Source: Marsupella aquatica
Taxonomy: Eukaryota; Plantae; Marchantiophyta
Reading direction: 5' to 3'
Assembly (NCBI GenBank): GCA_973895155.1
Contig: OZ316897.1
Coordinates: 15,127,375 to 15,191,374 of the forward strand
DNA length: 64,000 nt
In this document: one piece after another, positions 37,862 through 50,377 of the stretch
Numbering within the stretch: position 1 is the stretch's first letter
Layout of the letters: each line of letters opens with the position of its first letter
Program-made: the position numbers and the translations under genes
The notes under the pieces: model-generated
Seen by the model: the letters and a program-made list of their open reading frames with translations, nothing else
The model's database searches: none
Told to the model about the DNA's origin: nothing

Positions 37862-39354
37862 TTACAAAATGTCAAACCCGCTAACAAGTTCGACACGGAC
37901 ACGTCCTCTAGAGGACGTACCGAGAGAGACTGCAGTGTAGTAGACTTCACTCGGAATATTTTTCCAACACATGTCAAAATTACCGATCAAGACAGAGCAG
38001 GTGTGCTCTAATGCATCATATTTAAAGACCACTGGCGTCCACGTAGTAAAAAATCTAGAAAGTACACTAGCTCCAATCGATGCGTCCAGCAGCCCCTTTC
38101 TTATGAACACTCACCTCGTCCCCATGAAACCTCAGCACCCTTGCGTCATCGTGATCAGATAATCTCTCACCTTCAAGTTCGGGCTTTCTGCTCGCGTGGT
38201 GCATGAATCCCATCTCAACAAACTCGATGCCGAACGTTTCTTCGAGGACGAAACGCCACTGATATACACCATTCATGCATTGAAGCTGTCATCACCGCTA
38301 CTGTCATCATTCCGGAATGTGTTTTTTGGAGGACATTCCCATTCTCGAGAGTACAGTACAATTCTCCATGCTCCCAACAGCATTCGGTGACGCGTGAAAC
38401 CGAAAGGCATTCAGTATTTCTGTCGCAGAAACAAATTTTAAGGGCTCCACCACCGTCGCAAGTAGTGTAGGGTGAATGCTCCGACACTCAATATTCGACA
38501 TCAATCTGATCGCAGAGTTTCTAGACGCTTTGTCCTCCCTCCAGCAATGCCAGTCATGTAGAAGGCATGGAGCATCGTTCCGAGGGCTCTCGACTCTGTC
38601 AAACGTGTCGGGATTTCTACAGAGAGACGAGGCTTCCTTCTCCATGAAACTCAGGAGCTCCTCTGCTGGACAGGATCCAAGTCACTTTGATAAGACCACC
38701 ATTGGATCACTTGCCTGAAACGACGGTATTCCTTGAATGAGAGTTTGCTGTTATTTTCACAATTGCCCTGCTGTTCTTTAAAAGGTAGGCTGAGGCATCC
38801 TCAGAGAGCCTCGTGACGTACGTCGAGTCCGACCAATTTGAGCTCAGAAATGTGACCAGCCCCCTCAGATTCTCATCAGACAGGGTTCCCAAAGCGACGG
38901 CATTTGTCAACGTAGAAGCGGCCTTTGGCAGGTCCTCAACTAAAGTCAATGTTAGATTGTGCATGATGTTCGTGGTAATCCATCTCCAAGTTGGGCAGGA
39001 GGAAGTACCTGGAAGCATTTGTCACTTCACAAGCGATCTCCCAACCTGGGGTTGACAATTAACGAGGGTTCCTGTGTAGAGAAACTCGAAAACGGCAAGC
39101 AGTACTGGTGAGAAGAATTCAGGCATTTTGATCTCAAAGAGACTAGACTCTGCCATGCCATTCATCAACATTCTCTCCAGCACTTCCGACGTCTCCGCCA
39201 GTAGAATTCGTGAAGCTTGCACTCGTTTCCCATCCTTGCAGAGAAACACCACGTCGCTGAAAGCAGGATCGTTCACCATCAGTCGTATACTGTGGAGTTG
39301 CTCTGCAGAGGCCTGAACCTGAGCCTGTCCTGCACGCTTGACAATGTCGGACAT
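37862..39354 (-). pseudogene. Intronless BTB/POZ-BACK-SPRY(B30.2)-like pseudogene with multiple frameshifts
   Basis: BTB segments are NDPAFSDVVFLCKDGKRV...ERMLMNGMAES...FEFLYTG and, in another frame, WEIACEVTNASRYFLLPNLE. A BACK-like segment is IECRSIHPTLLATVVEPLKFV...AFRFHA. SPRY-like segments are GVYQWRFVLE and YDALEHTCSV...WKNIPSEVYYTAVSL. These pieces lie in different frames with no intron-sized gaps. Confidence 0.8.
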
Positions 39355-42338
39355 TTCTGCAAGGAGCGATGGACACCTCAGGTCCACGAGACTACCAGAA
39401 AGCTTCTTCACAAGCAAGCAGCATCAAAGTATGACAGGTTGAGCCAATTCTACTCCAATTTGTCCGGATGGGGAGTCACGGAAATCCTAGTGGTGGTACA
39501 TGCGAATGTAGGAACAGGCAAATGAATGAAAAACTGGCTGGAAACTCTTTCACTGTGAGCGGATTCAACGTCTACGGTAGCATCTTCGATTGCTAAGACA
39601 GCGTCTTAAAATGAAAGCTGAAAGCGAAACATAGGGAGAGTGACCTTGCCTGAACGAGTCTTCCATTTCATTTTTCTCGAGTATGAAGAGCACAAACTCT
39701 CTGTACCGGAGCCTCGCAGGACCGAAGTTCTCCAGCGAACGCAACGCCGGTAATCGAGCAATGAATCGGAGATAATGTAGCAGTTGAGGGAGAATTGGCT
39801 AGCAGGAGCTCTGGTCCCTCTGGAGGTAGCAACGGTGACCGCAGGTATCGTAACAAGAGCGGAATCACAGGACGACAATTTCATGCGGACATGTTACAAT
39901 TGACAGACAGATAAAGTGCGGCTAATTCAGTTGTTCTCTGCCAAACAAATGCGCGAGACGCCGAGACAGATCATTATCTGCGCCGACAATCTCCAGGCAT
40001 TCAGAGCCTGGAACCGACATACATACATCTAAACTCTCAAGTAATCGAGCGCCGCCTTGGAATTTATAGCGCTCAGAACCGTACAGTAGCTAGCACTCTA
40101 GGTAGGATCGCGATCGTGAACAGACCGAAACAGCTATTTGAGTAGGAATTTGACCGTAAATTTGAGTGAGGTTGACGGTACCTCTGAACGCGCAGATCCC
40201 TGAGAAGACAGTGTCGATCGGCCCCGAAAAAAGGGAACATTGCAACTGTGCGGACAAGGACAACCCTGCTGGAAAATTGCTCGATCTGTATCGAGATTAA
40301 TCGAGTACAACCAGCTCAGCTTGCAGAGTTCCATCGACCAATCTTTATTTTCCGCATTTCATCTCCTTCCGGCATCCTCATAAAACAAGGATGGACTATC
40401 ATCTTACTTCAATATCAGCGCGCGTGCGTATAATTTTCGTGAGCAGACAAACGTGAAATGCATTCATCAATCAATTTAGTAACTTCGTTGATCCAATATG
40501 GAGAATCAGAAAAAATTGAATTGAGAATTCACTAACACATGCATTCCCAAAAATTTATTGTGAAACTCAATGTGCTCCAGACAAATCAAATTTCCTGAGG
40601 GTTTATTGGAGTTTGACATCTACATCTGCGAGGGTTGCGGAATGGGAGAATGCTCAAATACCTTTAAGAGGAGTTGTGATACAGATGACCTTGCTCAAAC
40701 AGATAGGTGAATATCTAATTACTGAGGTTAGTCGTCAAACCAGCCTTACTTGATTTCGTACCCACTGTGGCACCTTCCAGTGAAGTATGGAAATTTTAAA
40801 CACTTTTAAAAGACTCCAGTGCATCGTCCACTAGGGCTGGATGTGTCCTTTATCCTCCTTTGTAGGTCTGCTGATTAGTTGACACCTGTTACTGTGGTGG
40901 GTATCCACTAGGTTCAGTGGTGCGTCCCCACTTGTTTTTCACTAGCTTTTTACCTAGTAGTTTCCAGGACTCTATGGGGATTAAATCTGATGTGCTTCTC
41001 AAATCTACTTGTACTCGCTTTTCAATGAAAACATTCGCACATTCATACAACAAATACTATGTATTTTTATTTTGGTGGGAAAATAAAAAACCAACTGAGG
41101 CTGTTCGTCTAATTGTAACACGATGAGAAGTTTTTTTTGCCTTGAAAGCCTGAATCAGACCCATTCAGCAGAGGACTAAGATGTCTTGCTCCAGGAGCAA
41201 TCTATTTTTATGTATGGCCTACTGTGCAAGAGCTCTTTCAATTTCTCATTTACAGGATGCCCCAAACCTCAACTGTAATGGCCGCAATCCACAGAAACAG
41301 TACTCCTTGCTACAAAATGGATTCCAAGGTCAGAGAAACACAGCTCTTAGAGGACTGGGAGCTCATAGGGTATGCAAAGTCTCGCAGTAGAAATACTTCC
41401 TTTCCAACCTCCCTGACCCACAACATTTTGCTTTCTGAAGGCCCTGATAATCTTCAGAGAACTTTGATATAGGAACTGAAGGACTTTTAAGGATATTATC
41501 TCCAGCACCTTTGGATATCAACATCAAACACTCAATAGTGCTTCCCATTTACAACTTAACAAGAGGGAGGGGAGGGAACTAAGGGTTGGGTCAAAGCGGC
41601 CCCACTTTCAGTTGATTTTTTTGTTGGAAATTCCATATTCTAGTAGTTTGGGGTCGTTGTTGTAATTAAATCGGGGTAGGTTCAACATTCCACTATTTTT
41701 AATCGTCAACAGACATGGCTCACTAACTATTTGTCATTTCCCCACCCTTTTGCACCCCTTGGTACTCCGATGAACCCAATGAATAGCCCAGTGCACAAAC
41801 AGACAAAACTAAGAGCCCTTACTTTGTGTGACAATTCAAGAACACTAAAAGAAAAACACAAGACCTTGTGTCCCAAGGAACCAAAAAGTTAGTCAAGTTA
41901 CTTTAGAGAGTAAGACAGACAGCAATCATTATATTTATCACAATGTGCATTCCCCATAATTGTGGTTTCAATAGCTTCACCATACAACGACTTCTTGTCA
42001 ACACAATGTGGGACCAAAATGAGAAGGGCAACCAACCATGAGCATCCAAAACAGAAGGATTCAGTAATGAAAACTGTCTTACCAACATTGTTGTTTGGAT
42101 TATAAAGATTGATTATAATTTACCATTATAGAAAATTCTAAGACAATAATGATTGTAACTTTGGCAATAAACATTTATTTAAAGCTAGTCATGTTTAGAC
42201 TCATTTTGAAGCATCAATGAGCCCAATCTCATTCTTTGTTTGTTATCAATCAAAACCAATTATCTTCAAATACAGGATAATAATTTTCAATCAAAACCAA
42301 TTGCCAATGGATCTAAATTTGGGGGGCCAACCAAGAGT

Positions 42339-43000
42339 CCCTGGGCCCTCACTAAGGGAAATGTAATGAGATATATCTGTGACCGAAGCCTCCCCAGGTA
42401 CCCCTTGTTATATTTTGGAGGAACATTTAAATCTATCTTGTTTGTTCTAAAAATAAATTTTAGGCCTATATAAAATCCTCCTAGGTTATTATAATCTTTG
42501 ATATTTTAGAATTTAAAATATCCTTCATTTGTTATAAAAACAAGGTTTAGATGATGCATATAAGCATCTTTTTCACATCAGGCCGTCCATTCTAGGGCAA
42601 CCTCCCATTGAACGACTCCAAGAACCCAAAACCCAGGCTACACCCAAATACAAGAGGGTTGGGGAGGGGGTTTAGGGTTTGGGGTTCTCGTGTGAGAACT
42701 GGTACAAGAGACTAACCTTATCATATACCCTAAATTAATGAGACTATGACATGTGGACATGTGGACCAATCAAATGCTGACACCTATCATGGAGTATTTA
42801 CATACCCCACCAGCTAATTATGTATTAGGCAACCAAATTTAAAATAGTCTTCATTTCTTCTAACCTAGACTACGCATATATGGTGCCCTAGTTCATTCTA
42901 ACCTTGTTCTAATATTATTTTCAAAACAAATTTAAAATACCCGTCGGACCGTATGTGTCGGACCGTATGTTTCGTTATTTCATAAGCTAAGAGCCCAGGG
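42339..43000. mobile_element. hAT-type non-autonomous element, 662 bp (CCCTGGGCCCTCA TIR family)
   Basis: Begins ccctgggccctcac and ends gagcccaggg. The 8-bp flanks are ccaagagt / caaagagt (1 mismatch). Confidence 0.7.
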
Positions 43001-44759
43001 CAAAGAGTACACACAATAGAAGGACAAATGAACCAATTGGCTGAGGTAATTATCTTCCTCTTCGCTCCTACTTCCCCACTCCCTTTTACTCCCCCCAGCT
43101 CGCTGACTGGCTCGCGGCCCAATGTGCGGTCTCCCGGCTCGCCTGGGGAAGGGATTAAATAGCCCCCTTGACCTTTCATTTCTCTCGGACTCCTTCAGCT
43201 CTGGTTGCCACGAGGTGGCACTGGGGTTGCCCCTTATGGGCTCCCCCTTATTCTTGTAAAGGGCCTTAAGGCCCCCTTGTACTCCTCCCATCTCCTCGGC
43301 CCGCTCCTCGGCAGTTTTCTAAAAGAACCCGGGTGGCTAATTGCTTCTATGGATGGGCTTATTGCCCCCCTCCCTCCCCTAAGTAAAAAAAAAACTGGGA
43401 ATTGTGAAAAAGGATCCCCATTAATCCCCTTAGGCGGCCTGCCCTCTCTGTTATTTATTTTTATTGTCACGGAGGTTTCCAAACTTAGGGTCCCTTCGAC
43501 ATGGAGTCCCTAGTCTTGGAAGGGTTGGCCGTACTAGCATCTAGCAAAAACAAAAATTAAAATTCCAGGCTTCTACCAACTGAATTCCAAACTTAGATAG
43601 TGTCCTCAACCCGCAATGAAATAATGACTTTGACAGCGGAAATAACTTATTTACACACCAACAGGTTGGCTTAATATTTACAGTAGCATTGACCTAGGAA
43701 TGATGGGGACACAAGCCCTGTCACGTGTGAAACAAAGCATAGAGTAAAATTAGCCCTTTAAACCCAATTAGATACTTATAAAAAAGATAGATTACATGGT
43801 TTTAAAAATTAATTTTAGTATTTTTTTGAAACATATTCCAAATTAACAGGGTAAGAAAAATTCTAATTTATTTCTTAATCCTAAAAATATTGTGGGTGGT
43901 GTGGCGATCTCCATGTAATGAGACCACTCGGCAAACAATTTAAAGAGTTTTTCTCAAAATGATTAGAATAACCCTATATTTTGTGGCACATGTAGTCCAT
44001 TTTTGTGCAATTGATCCCCTTGAGCAATTTTTACTAAAATGGATTCAAGTTTGGTATTGAGTGGGGTTGGAATTGCATGAAACTGTATACAAAGGGGATA
44101 CTAAATACAAAATACAAATGCAAGAACAATTCATTTTATTCTTCATGTGTTGAACAATTCATTCAATCTTCATGTTTCAGTCTTCCTAGTTCATTTTTGT
44201 TTTGAGTCCATTATTTTAAATTTAATTTGGGCTGTCTTCTTTGTTATTCCATCAGTTTTGAATTTATCTCAGACCCCCTATATGGTTTTGTTATTTCAAA
44301 ATCCTTTGGTTTTCGTTTGCACTTGTACTCCTTTTCCACAATTCGTATTTTATTTTTCCCTTCAAAATAATCTTGATGTAAACCCGTAACCCACCAGATC
44401 CCACACAAGGCCACCACCTCTGTGCTACAGTGGTTGTGCTGGACGTCCGTCAGGCTTCCGATATGATATCTATTACTTAAATTTATAAATTTTATGGTTT
44501 GTACAATGCACGCTGTCCAAGATTGATGAGCCTCTATTTCTTAACAATAAATTCATTTTTGTACTTTAATTCAAATAATTATTTTAGTAAACTCAAATAC
44601 TATATGATAAGATCATTTTTACATTGTTTTCAATAAGTTAAAATAGTAAAGTGTTAGAAGGATGTAGCTAGTGTCAGCACATTTGTGTTGGGAGGGATAT
44701 TTACGGACCCCACTAGAGATCCCTTCCAAAATTCCCTTCTTAGATTTAAAAGACCATAT

Positions 44760-44900
44760 TGTTTTGCTAAAAGAATTCTTAAGTCTTCCCTTAGAACCAA
44801 TAAACTATCATATCCTTTGTCGCACATGATATGTCATTTTTGTGAAAGTGGAACCCTAGAGAAAGCCGGCCATCATGCCCTTTTTTGTGCTCACTTGTGA
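44760..44900 (+). mobile_element. Degenerate LINE ORF2 3' fragment (zf-RVT-like)
   Basis: KRILKSSLRTNKL...CHFCESGTLEKAGHHALFC resembles the zf-RVT pattern (WRxxxxxLPT...CxxC...E..xHxxFxC). Confidence 0.45.
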
Positions 44901-45429
44901 TGATGCCAGTGTGCAAATTCAAATTGTCTCTCCTTGCACCCCACTTGTACCCCCTGCGCACCGGTATCCTTGCCCTTGTGCCCTCAGACATGTGCCCTGG
45001 GGTGTGCCATTGCACAAGAAGTGGGAGAGATCAAGGGGAGAGAGATGAGGGGAGAAGTGTGTCCTCATTACGGACACCCATAGAGGTCTCTTGCAAATTC
45101 CCTGCCACGAGGTTGCACCACATCACACAACCAGTCACAAACAAGAATGATCCTATTTTTAACAATAACAAACGTGCACATTCTTGTTTGTGGCAAAAGC
45201 AACGTAATTTTTGGGGCGCTATGCTGTAAATATTGAACGTGAAAAAAAACAAAATACAAAGGGAGATATGTCATTTAGTAAAATAAAGTTATCATTTTGA
45301 TGTTTGTCAAAGATATATCAGTGTTTTATCAAAATGCTTGTAATTTTTAATTGTTTGCAAGCTTGAAAAAACCAACCAATAGAAATGTACATAGTTAAAA
45401 ACCCCTTTGGCTTCACATTGTAAAACTAA

Positions 45430-45920
45430 ATAATCAATCTCCTTAGTACTTGATAAAATCTGTCAATGTTTGATTCATTGGAAAAATCAAGATTAAGATT
45501 TAGAAACTCGTGACCTCTTTAGTATTGTCTTGATAAAATCTCTCAATGTCACACTCATTGGAAAGCTAAATTAAAATTAAAAACTCATCATCTCCTTAGG
45601 ACTTGACAAAATCTATCAATGTTAGGTTCATTGGAAAGCTAGAGAAATTCAGATACTCATGATCTCTCTAATTCTTGACGAATAATTTCAATGTCACACA
45701 TTAGAAAGCTAGAGAGATTGAAAACCTCATGATCTCTTTAGTATCGTGACAAAATCTGACGTAAAATTTGTCAATGTCGGACTCAATGTTGGAAAGCTAA
45801 AAGAATTCATGGACTCATGATCAAAATTTCTTATACTCACACTCATTGGAAAAACAAAGAAATTCAAAAACTCATTTGGAACTTGACAAAATTTGTCTAT
45901 CTGAGGCTTATTGGAAACCC
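45430..45920. repeat. Degenerate tandem array of ~70-80 bp units (~6 copies)
   Basis: Recurrent ctcatgatctctttagt..ttgacaaaatct.tcaatgt...ctcattggaaagcta. Confidence 0.8.
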
Positions 45921-47050
45921 TTTCTCGATTAAGAAATATCACAATCTCATCACCGTCACAAATTTAGCCGTTGAAGTGATTTCTTTGATTACGTCGCCAT
46001 CCCTTGTCCACAATGCTTGCTTCCCGGCTTGAATTGTTCGCATTCCTCTAGTCTTCAACTGAAGCTCACTCTGAACACAAGTTGACGCCAAATGTAGCCT
46101 TTATGTCAAAGAAATAATCGTTGGTCTCCCCCTCACACCATAGCTTTCTTAAATAAAAAAACTACGAAACTTTCATGTAAAGCGATGACTCGTTTGTTTT
46201 GTGTGTTCTTCCCATCGAATCGACAAGCCTTCTTTTGCCAACAGCTAAGTGTTGTCCTCCAGTTTGTCTTGTGGCGGTAATGCTCAGTGTAATTCATAAA
46301 CGATCAATCATGAATGATAGAAACACGATTTCTGCAATGTGTAAGCAAACTGTCAAAAAATTCAATTCCTCCATATTCAACCTTTCGTTGATAAATCTCC
46401 TTTATCTTTTGAGCTTTTTCTTTTGTACGAGCACACACCAAGACCATCGGGAGACTCAAAACCGTCGATTAACGCCTTGTTGAAAATTGATTTCACTTCA
46501 TTAAACACACATTCCTTGGATGAACATGGGGGTCCACGGATTAATTTTCTCCAGACCCATCATGCTCAAGTAAGTATAGGGTATATTTATTGGATAAAAT
46601 GATAAGGTTATAGCTTGGGGGGCTCACTCAAAGTGAGTTCCCATATTGCGCATTAAGTTTTCAAATAATGAACATCCTAAAACTTAAGAAAATAAAAAAT
46701 ATTTTTACTATATTTAACCCCTAACTTTATGGAATGCTCTATAATGAAACAAACTAAAAACAAACCTAATTATGGTTCCCCTTATAACAATGTCTGAATA
46801 CTTTTTACGCTCACTCTAAAGATGCTAACATGCTCTTTTCGCAAAAATTCTCCTAAAAGCAGTGTGGGAATTTTATTAATGTCATTTTAGCATGCTCTTT
46901 CACAGAAATTCCCCATATAGCAATGGCTGAATTTGATTTATCTCACCGCAAGGATCTTGACAGGCTCTTTCGTAGAAATTCCAAACACTTGGCGCATGTA
47001 ATTAAGAGAGGTTTTGTACTCGTCATGTACACACAAGAGCTCCATTGTTC

Positions 47051-47650
47051 ATGTGCTTTCCCATAAATCCCGGCATGTGTCCTTGTGCAAGAATGGTTCA
47101 CACTCCGGATCCAACCAGGCCGGCCGAAGGCGAGGCCCTGAACAGCTGGAAGGGGGACCAGCCTCTGTGGAACATCGCCGAAGCTTATCAATCGAATCTC
47201 GTCCTCCAAACGGTGCTATCCATGACGCGGAAATTTTTGGACGAGTTTACAGATCGATCCAGCGAGGTCTATTGACTTTCCTATTGTTTATCAGGGTGTA
47301 GCTTGCTGGCCTGTTCGCTCATAAGCTCTTTGCCAATCGATCAGTCCAGCGTATCGTATTGTTGTTGTGGTGATCATGAATTCCAAATCCCTCGAAAATT
47401 AAATGCTGGAGACTGGGAGACTGAGGGAAGATTGGGAAGTACCATGGTGGACTGATCGAGCAAGCTTGTGCAAGAGCAACTTACTGTAGTTTTCGCCAGC
47501 CTTGTACGAGAAGTCCGCTTACTCAAGGAGAGCGTGCCAGATCATGGTCCATGTGCGTATTCGGTGGTGCTTCACGTCATTCCTAGATTACGCGCAGAAC
47601 TCGGCGAGATCGAAAGTTGGTTCAGGATTTACGAAATGCCACATTTGTGA
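47051..47650 (+). pseudogene. ~200-codon frame of unknown family interrupted by two in-frame TGA codons
   Basis: ORFs 47045-47275 and 47468-47650 are in the same frame. The only internal stops are TGA 47273-75 and TGA 47453-55. Confidence 0.4.
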
Positions 47651-48262
47651 CCTGCCAAAGGGTTTTATTGGGTGACAAAACTTCCATGGATCGAGGTAGT
47701 CTAGGCAGATGAATTTGCGATTCTGTCGCATGAGTAGCTCCTGAAGGAGTGTGTGCTGACCAGGAATATTCACTGGCCATGTGTCCGGCACGACAGATAC
47801 GAGACTCCCATTAGTTAGCGTTCCGTCTGCTGCATGTGACATCCCTTTTTTTCCTTCCTAGCTTTGAATTGACATACAGCTTGAGGTCGACATGAAGACT
47901 GTTTCATGCCTTGATGCTGCACTCCAGCGAGCGATGTGTGATGAGTCGGGCAGATTCGTGCGTCGTGTGTCGTGTGGAGTTGCGCTGAATCCTTGCAAAG
48001 AGATTCAAGACGTAAAGTGCTTAAACGTCTGTCCGTCGATGTTGAAATGCAACGCATATTTGCCTGTTGATGTTATTTTCACTTTCTTGATCTTGAACAG
48101 TTCCCATCGGTGATGCATTGTATACGAAGCATCAGCCAGCCGGCTGTACATCGTCTAGAATATCTACTTTATGTCATGTTTACGAGAATTTGGATTCACT
48201 GTCAAACGATCTTATACGGTCAGATGAACTGTTTAGAGCTGCAGGCGCTCGTGTAGGAGTCC

Positions 48263-50377
48263 ATGAAAATGGGGGCAGACATCCGAACAACTCTGCCAGG
48301 AGTACACCATAGCTGGAACGATAGATATGGATTCTCTGCGGTTGCCAGTTCGGATGATGATGATGATGTTGAGCAGGGAGAAGTTTCTGATCCTGCCTTT
48401 AGGTCACTCGGTAGCTCCCACTTAGGTCAAGGTTATCCCGTGGACTCGGACTCAGACGATTCTTTGTTTAGTGAGACTTCGCTATTGACAGATCTCCCTA
48501 TTGGATCAACTATGTTAACATCACAGACTCAAGATACAAGCAGCGATGAGGAGGACGTTGATTCCGGAAAGAGCGCCAGGGAACAAAGTGCCTCTGACTT
48601 CTGTACGATTGAAAACCCAATGTACGATATTAGCGTCGAGAGCTTGGGAAAGCAAATGACCAACTCTGTTGAGCAGCAGGGAGATGTTCGAGTGCATGAT
48701 GGTTGCGATGACAAGGACAAATACTTTAATGACTTTGATAAGAGATCTAGATTGATGGCTGCAGCTCAAGCTGCAAGCATTCCTTCAAATGATAGTTTCA
48801 ATGACGGTGACGATAAATCTAGATTGATGGCTGCGGCTCAAGCTGCAGCCATCCCATCAGATGATAGTTTCAGCGATGACAGTGATGGTGACAAGATGTC
48901 TAGATTGATGGCTGCAGCCATCCCTTCAGATGATAGTTTCAGTGATGACAGTGTTGGTGACGACAGATCTCGATTGATGGCTGCAGCGCAAGCTGCGACC
49001 ATTCCTTCAAATGATAGTTTCAGTGATGGCAGTGACGATGGCGTGCCTCATGCTGGCTGGATCTCTAAAAGGCCCAAGATCACGAGGGATGCATCAACGA
49101 TGGTGGTGCCCACAGTCGCCAAAGCTCATCACGGCAGCAGAGATCTCGAGTCGGATGAGGGTTTCAGTTTTTCGGGCATGGAGAGCGATAGCGAGGCATA
49201 CAGCACTGACGACGTGACTTTAAAAGTGAATTCTAATGTTCAGAAGGAAACTCAAACTGATTGCTATGGAATTGGAAAAAAACCGAAAAATTCAGCCAAA
49301 ACTGGAGAGAAAGATTCCGACTACGCCTCATTCAGCTCGGAGGAACCTGCTTATGCAAGGGAAAAGGATGGTAAAAAGCCACAGAAATGGGACCTAAATA
49401 GCGCTTCCTTTCCAGCGACTTCCACCAGTTTTAAATGGTCAAGTTTCAAGACAAAGATCTTCTACTCGTTCCGTAATCTGAAGGCTAGTAGCACGAGTTC
49501 AAGCAGCGATGGGAGTAGGACCATATCTGTGAAGAATCTGGCGAAGGAGGTCACGGATGATCGTCTGCATGACTTCTTCCAAGACTCGGGGACTATTTTG
49601 GACATCTGGATCGTTCGAGACACTCAATCTGGACTTAGTTCAGCTTATGTTGAATTTGAGTCCGGCAGTGCTGCAAGAAAGGCTGTACAAAAGAGTGGGA
49701 AGAAACTGGAGGGAAGAGTGATTATGTGTGATACCACCTACGAGACCTCAAAAGGGGGTGGTCGTAGTGCTCCGGGTTCAGGCCATGGTGCTGCACAGGC
49801 TGCGAGATCGAAGTCGTTTGAGTCAGATTCGGCATCCATCGATCGCCGTCTGGCAGAAAACTATGCTGCACTCAAAATGTTTCACCCCGAGGTTCAAGCA
49901 GGCGATGAAAAGTTTCTGAGTCGTTTCAACGAACAGGCTAATTTCACTTCATACGGTGACTTCGCTCAACCTTCTACACATTCCCTTCCAAGACCTACCG
50001 GAGGAGAACGTCGACTTCCCGAGGGAAGCAAAGGAAAGGCAATTTTGCCTTGGACCGACTCATATGAGGACAAGATCTTGAGATCTGGGAAGAATCAAGC
50101 AGAGCTTGGAGAGTCAATTTACTACGACGCAATGAATTTGGAGTCGCAACATTCTTTTTCAATCCCCGGGCGGCAGGATCAACAATCACTTACAGGGAGG
50201 AAAGGAAAGTTATCGCGGTTTCTTTGGTCTTGGAAATGGACCCGCTGGCAGTCGTGGCACTTGATGAAACAGTCGTCCACCTGGGCTCAAAGACCTTGTA
50301 GGAACGTTGACACGGAAGAGAAGAAGATCGCGATATCTGTTAAAGAGTGGCGCACCCGGTGGCGCAAACGATCATGA
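48263..50377 (+). CDS. Intronless 704-aa protein with an acidic Ser/Asp-rich repeat region and one RRM (nucleolin-like RRM)
   Basis: The RRM is TISVKNLAKEVTDDRLHDFFQDSGTILDIWIVRD...AYVEFESGSAARKAVQKSGKKLEGRVIMCD. There are four SRLMAAA(QAAA)IPSxDSF repeats at 48746-49030. Confidence 0.85.
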   Translation: MKMGADIRTTLPGVHHSWNDRYGFSAVASSDDDDDVEQGEVSDPAFRSLGSSHLGQGYPVDSDSDDSLFSETSLLTDLPIGSTMLTSQTQDTSSDEEDVDSGKSAREQSASDFCTIENPMYDISVESLGKQMTNSVEQQGDVRVHDGCDDKDKYFNDFDKRSRLMAAAQAASIPSNDSFNDGDDKSRLMAAAQAAAIPSDDSFSDDSDGDKMSRLMAAAIPSDDSFSDDSVGDDRSRLMAAAQAATIPSNDSFSDGSDDGVPHAGWISKRPKITRDASTMVVPTVAKAHHGSRDLESDEGFSFSGMESDSEAYSTDDVTLKVNSNVQKETQTDCYGIGKKPKNSAKTGEKDSDYASFSSEEPAYAREKDGKKPQKWDLNSASFPATSTSFKWSSFKTKIFYSFRNLKASSTSSSSDGSRTISVKNLAKEVTDDRLHDFFQDSGTILDIWIVRDTQSGLSSAYVEFESGSAARKAVQKSGKKLEGRVIMCDTTYETSKGGGRSAPGSGHGAAQAARSKSFESDSASIDRRLAENYAALKMFHPEVQAGDEKFLSRFNEQANFTSYGDFAQPSTHSLPRPTGGERRLPEGSKGKAILPWTDSYEDKILRSGKNQAELGESIYYDAMNLESQHSFSIPGRQDQQSLTGRKGKLSRFLWSWKWTRWQSWHLMKQSSTWAQRPCRNVDTEEKKIAISVKEWRTRWRKRS

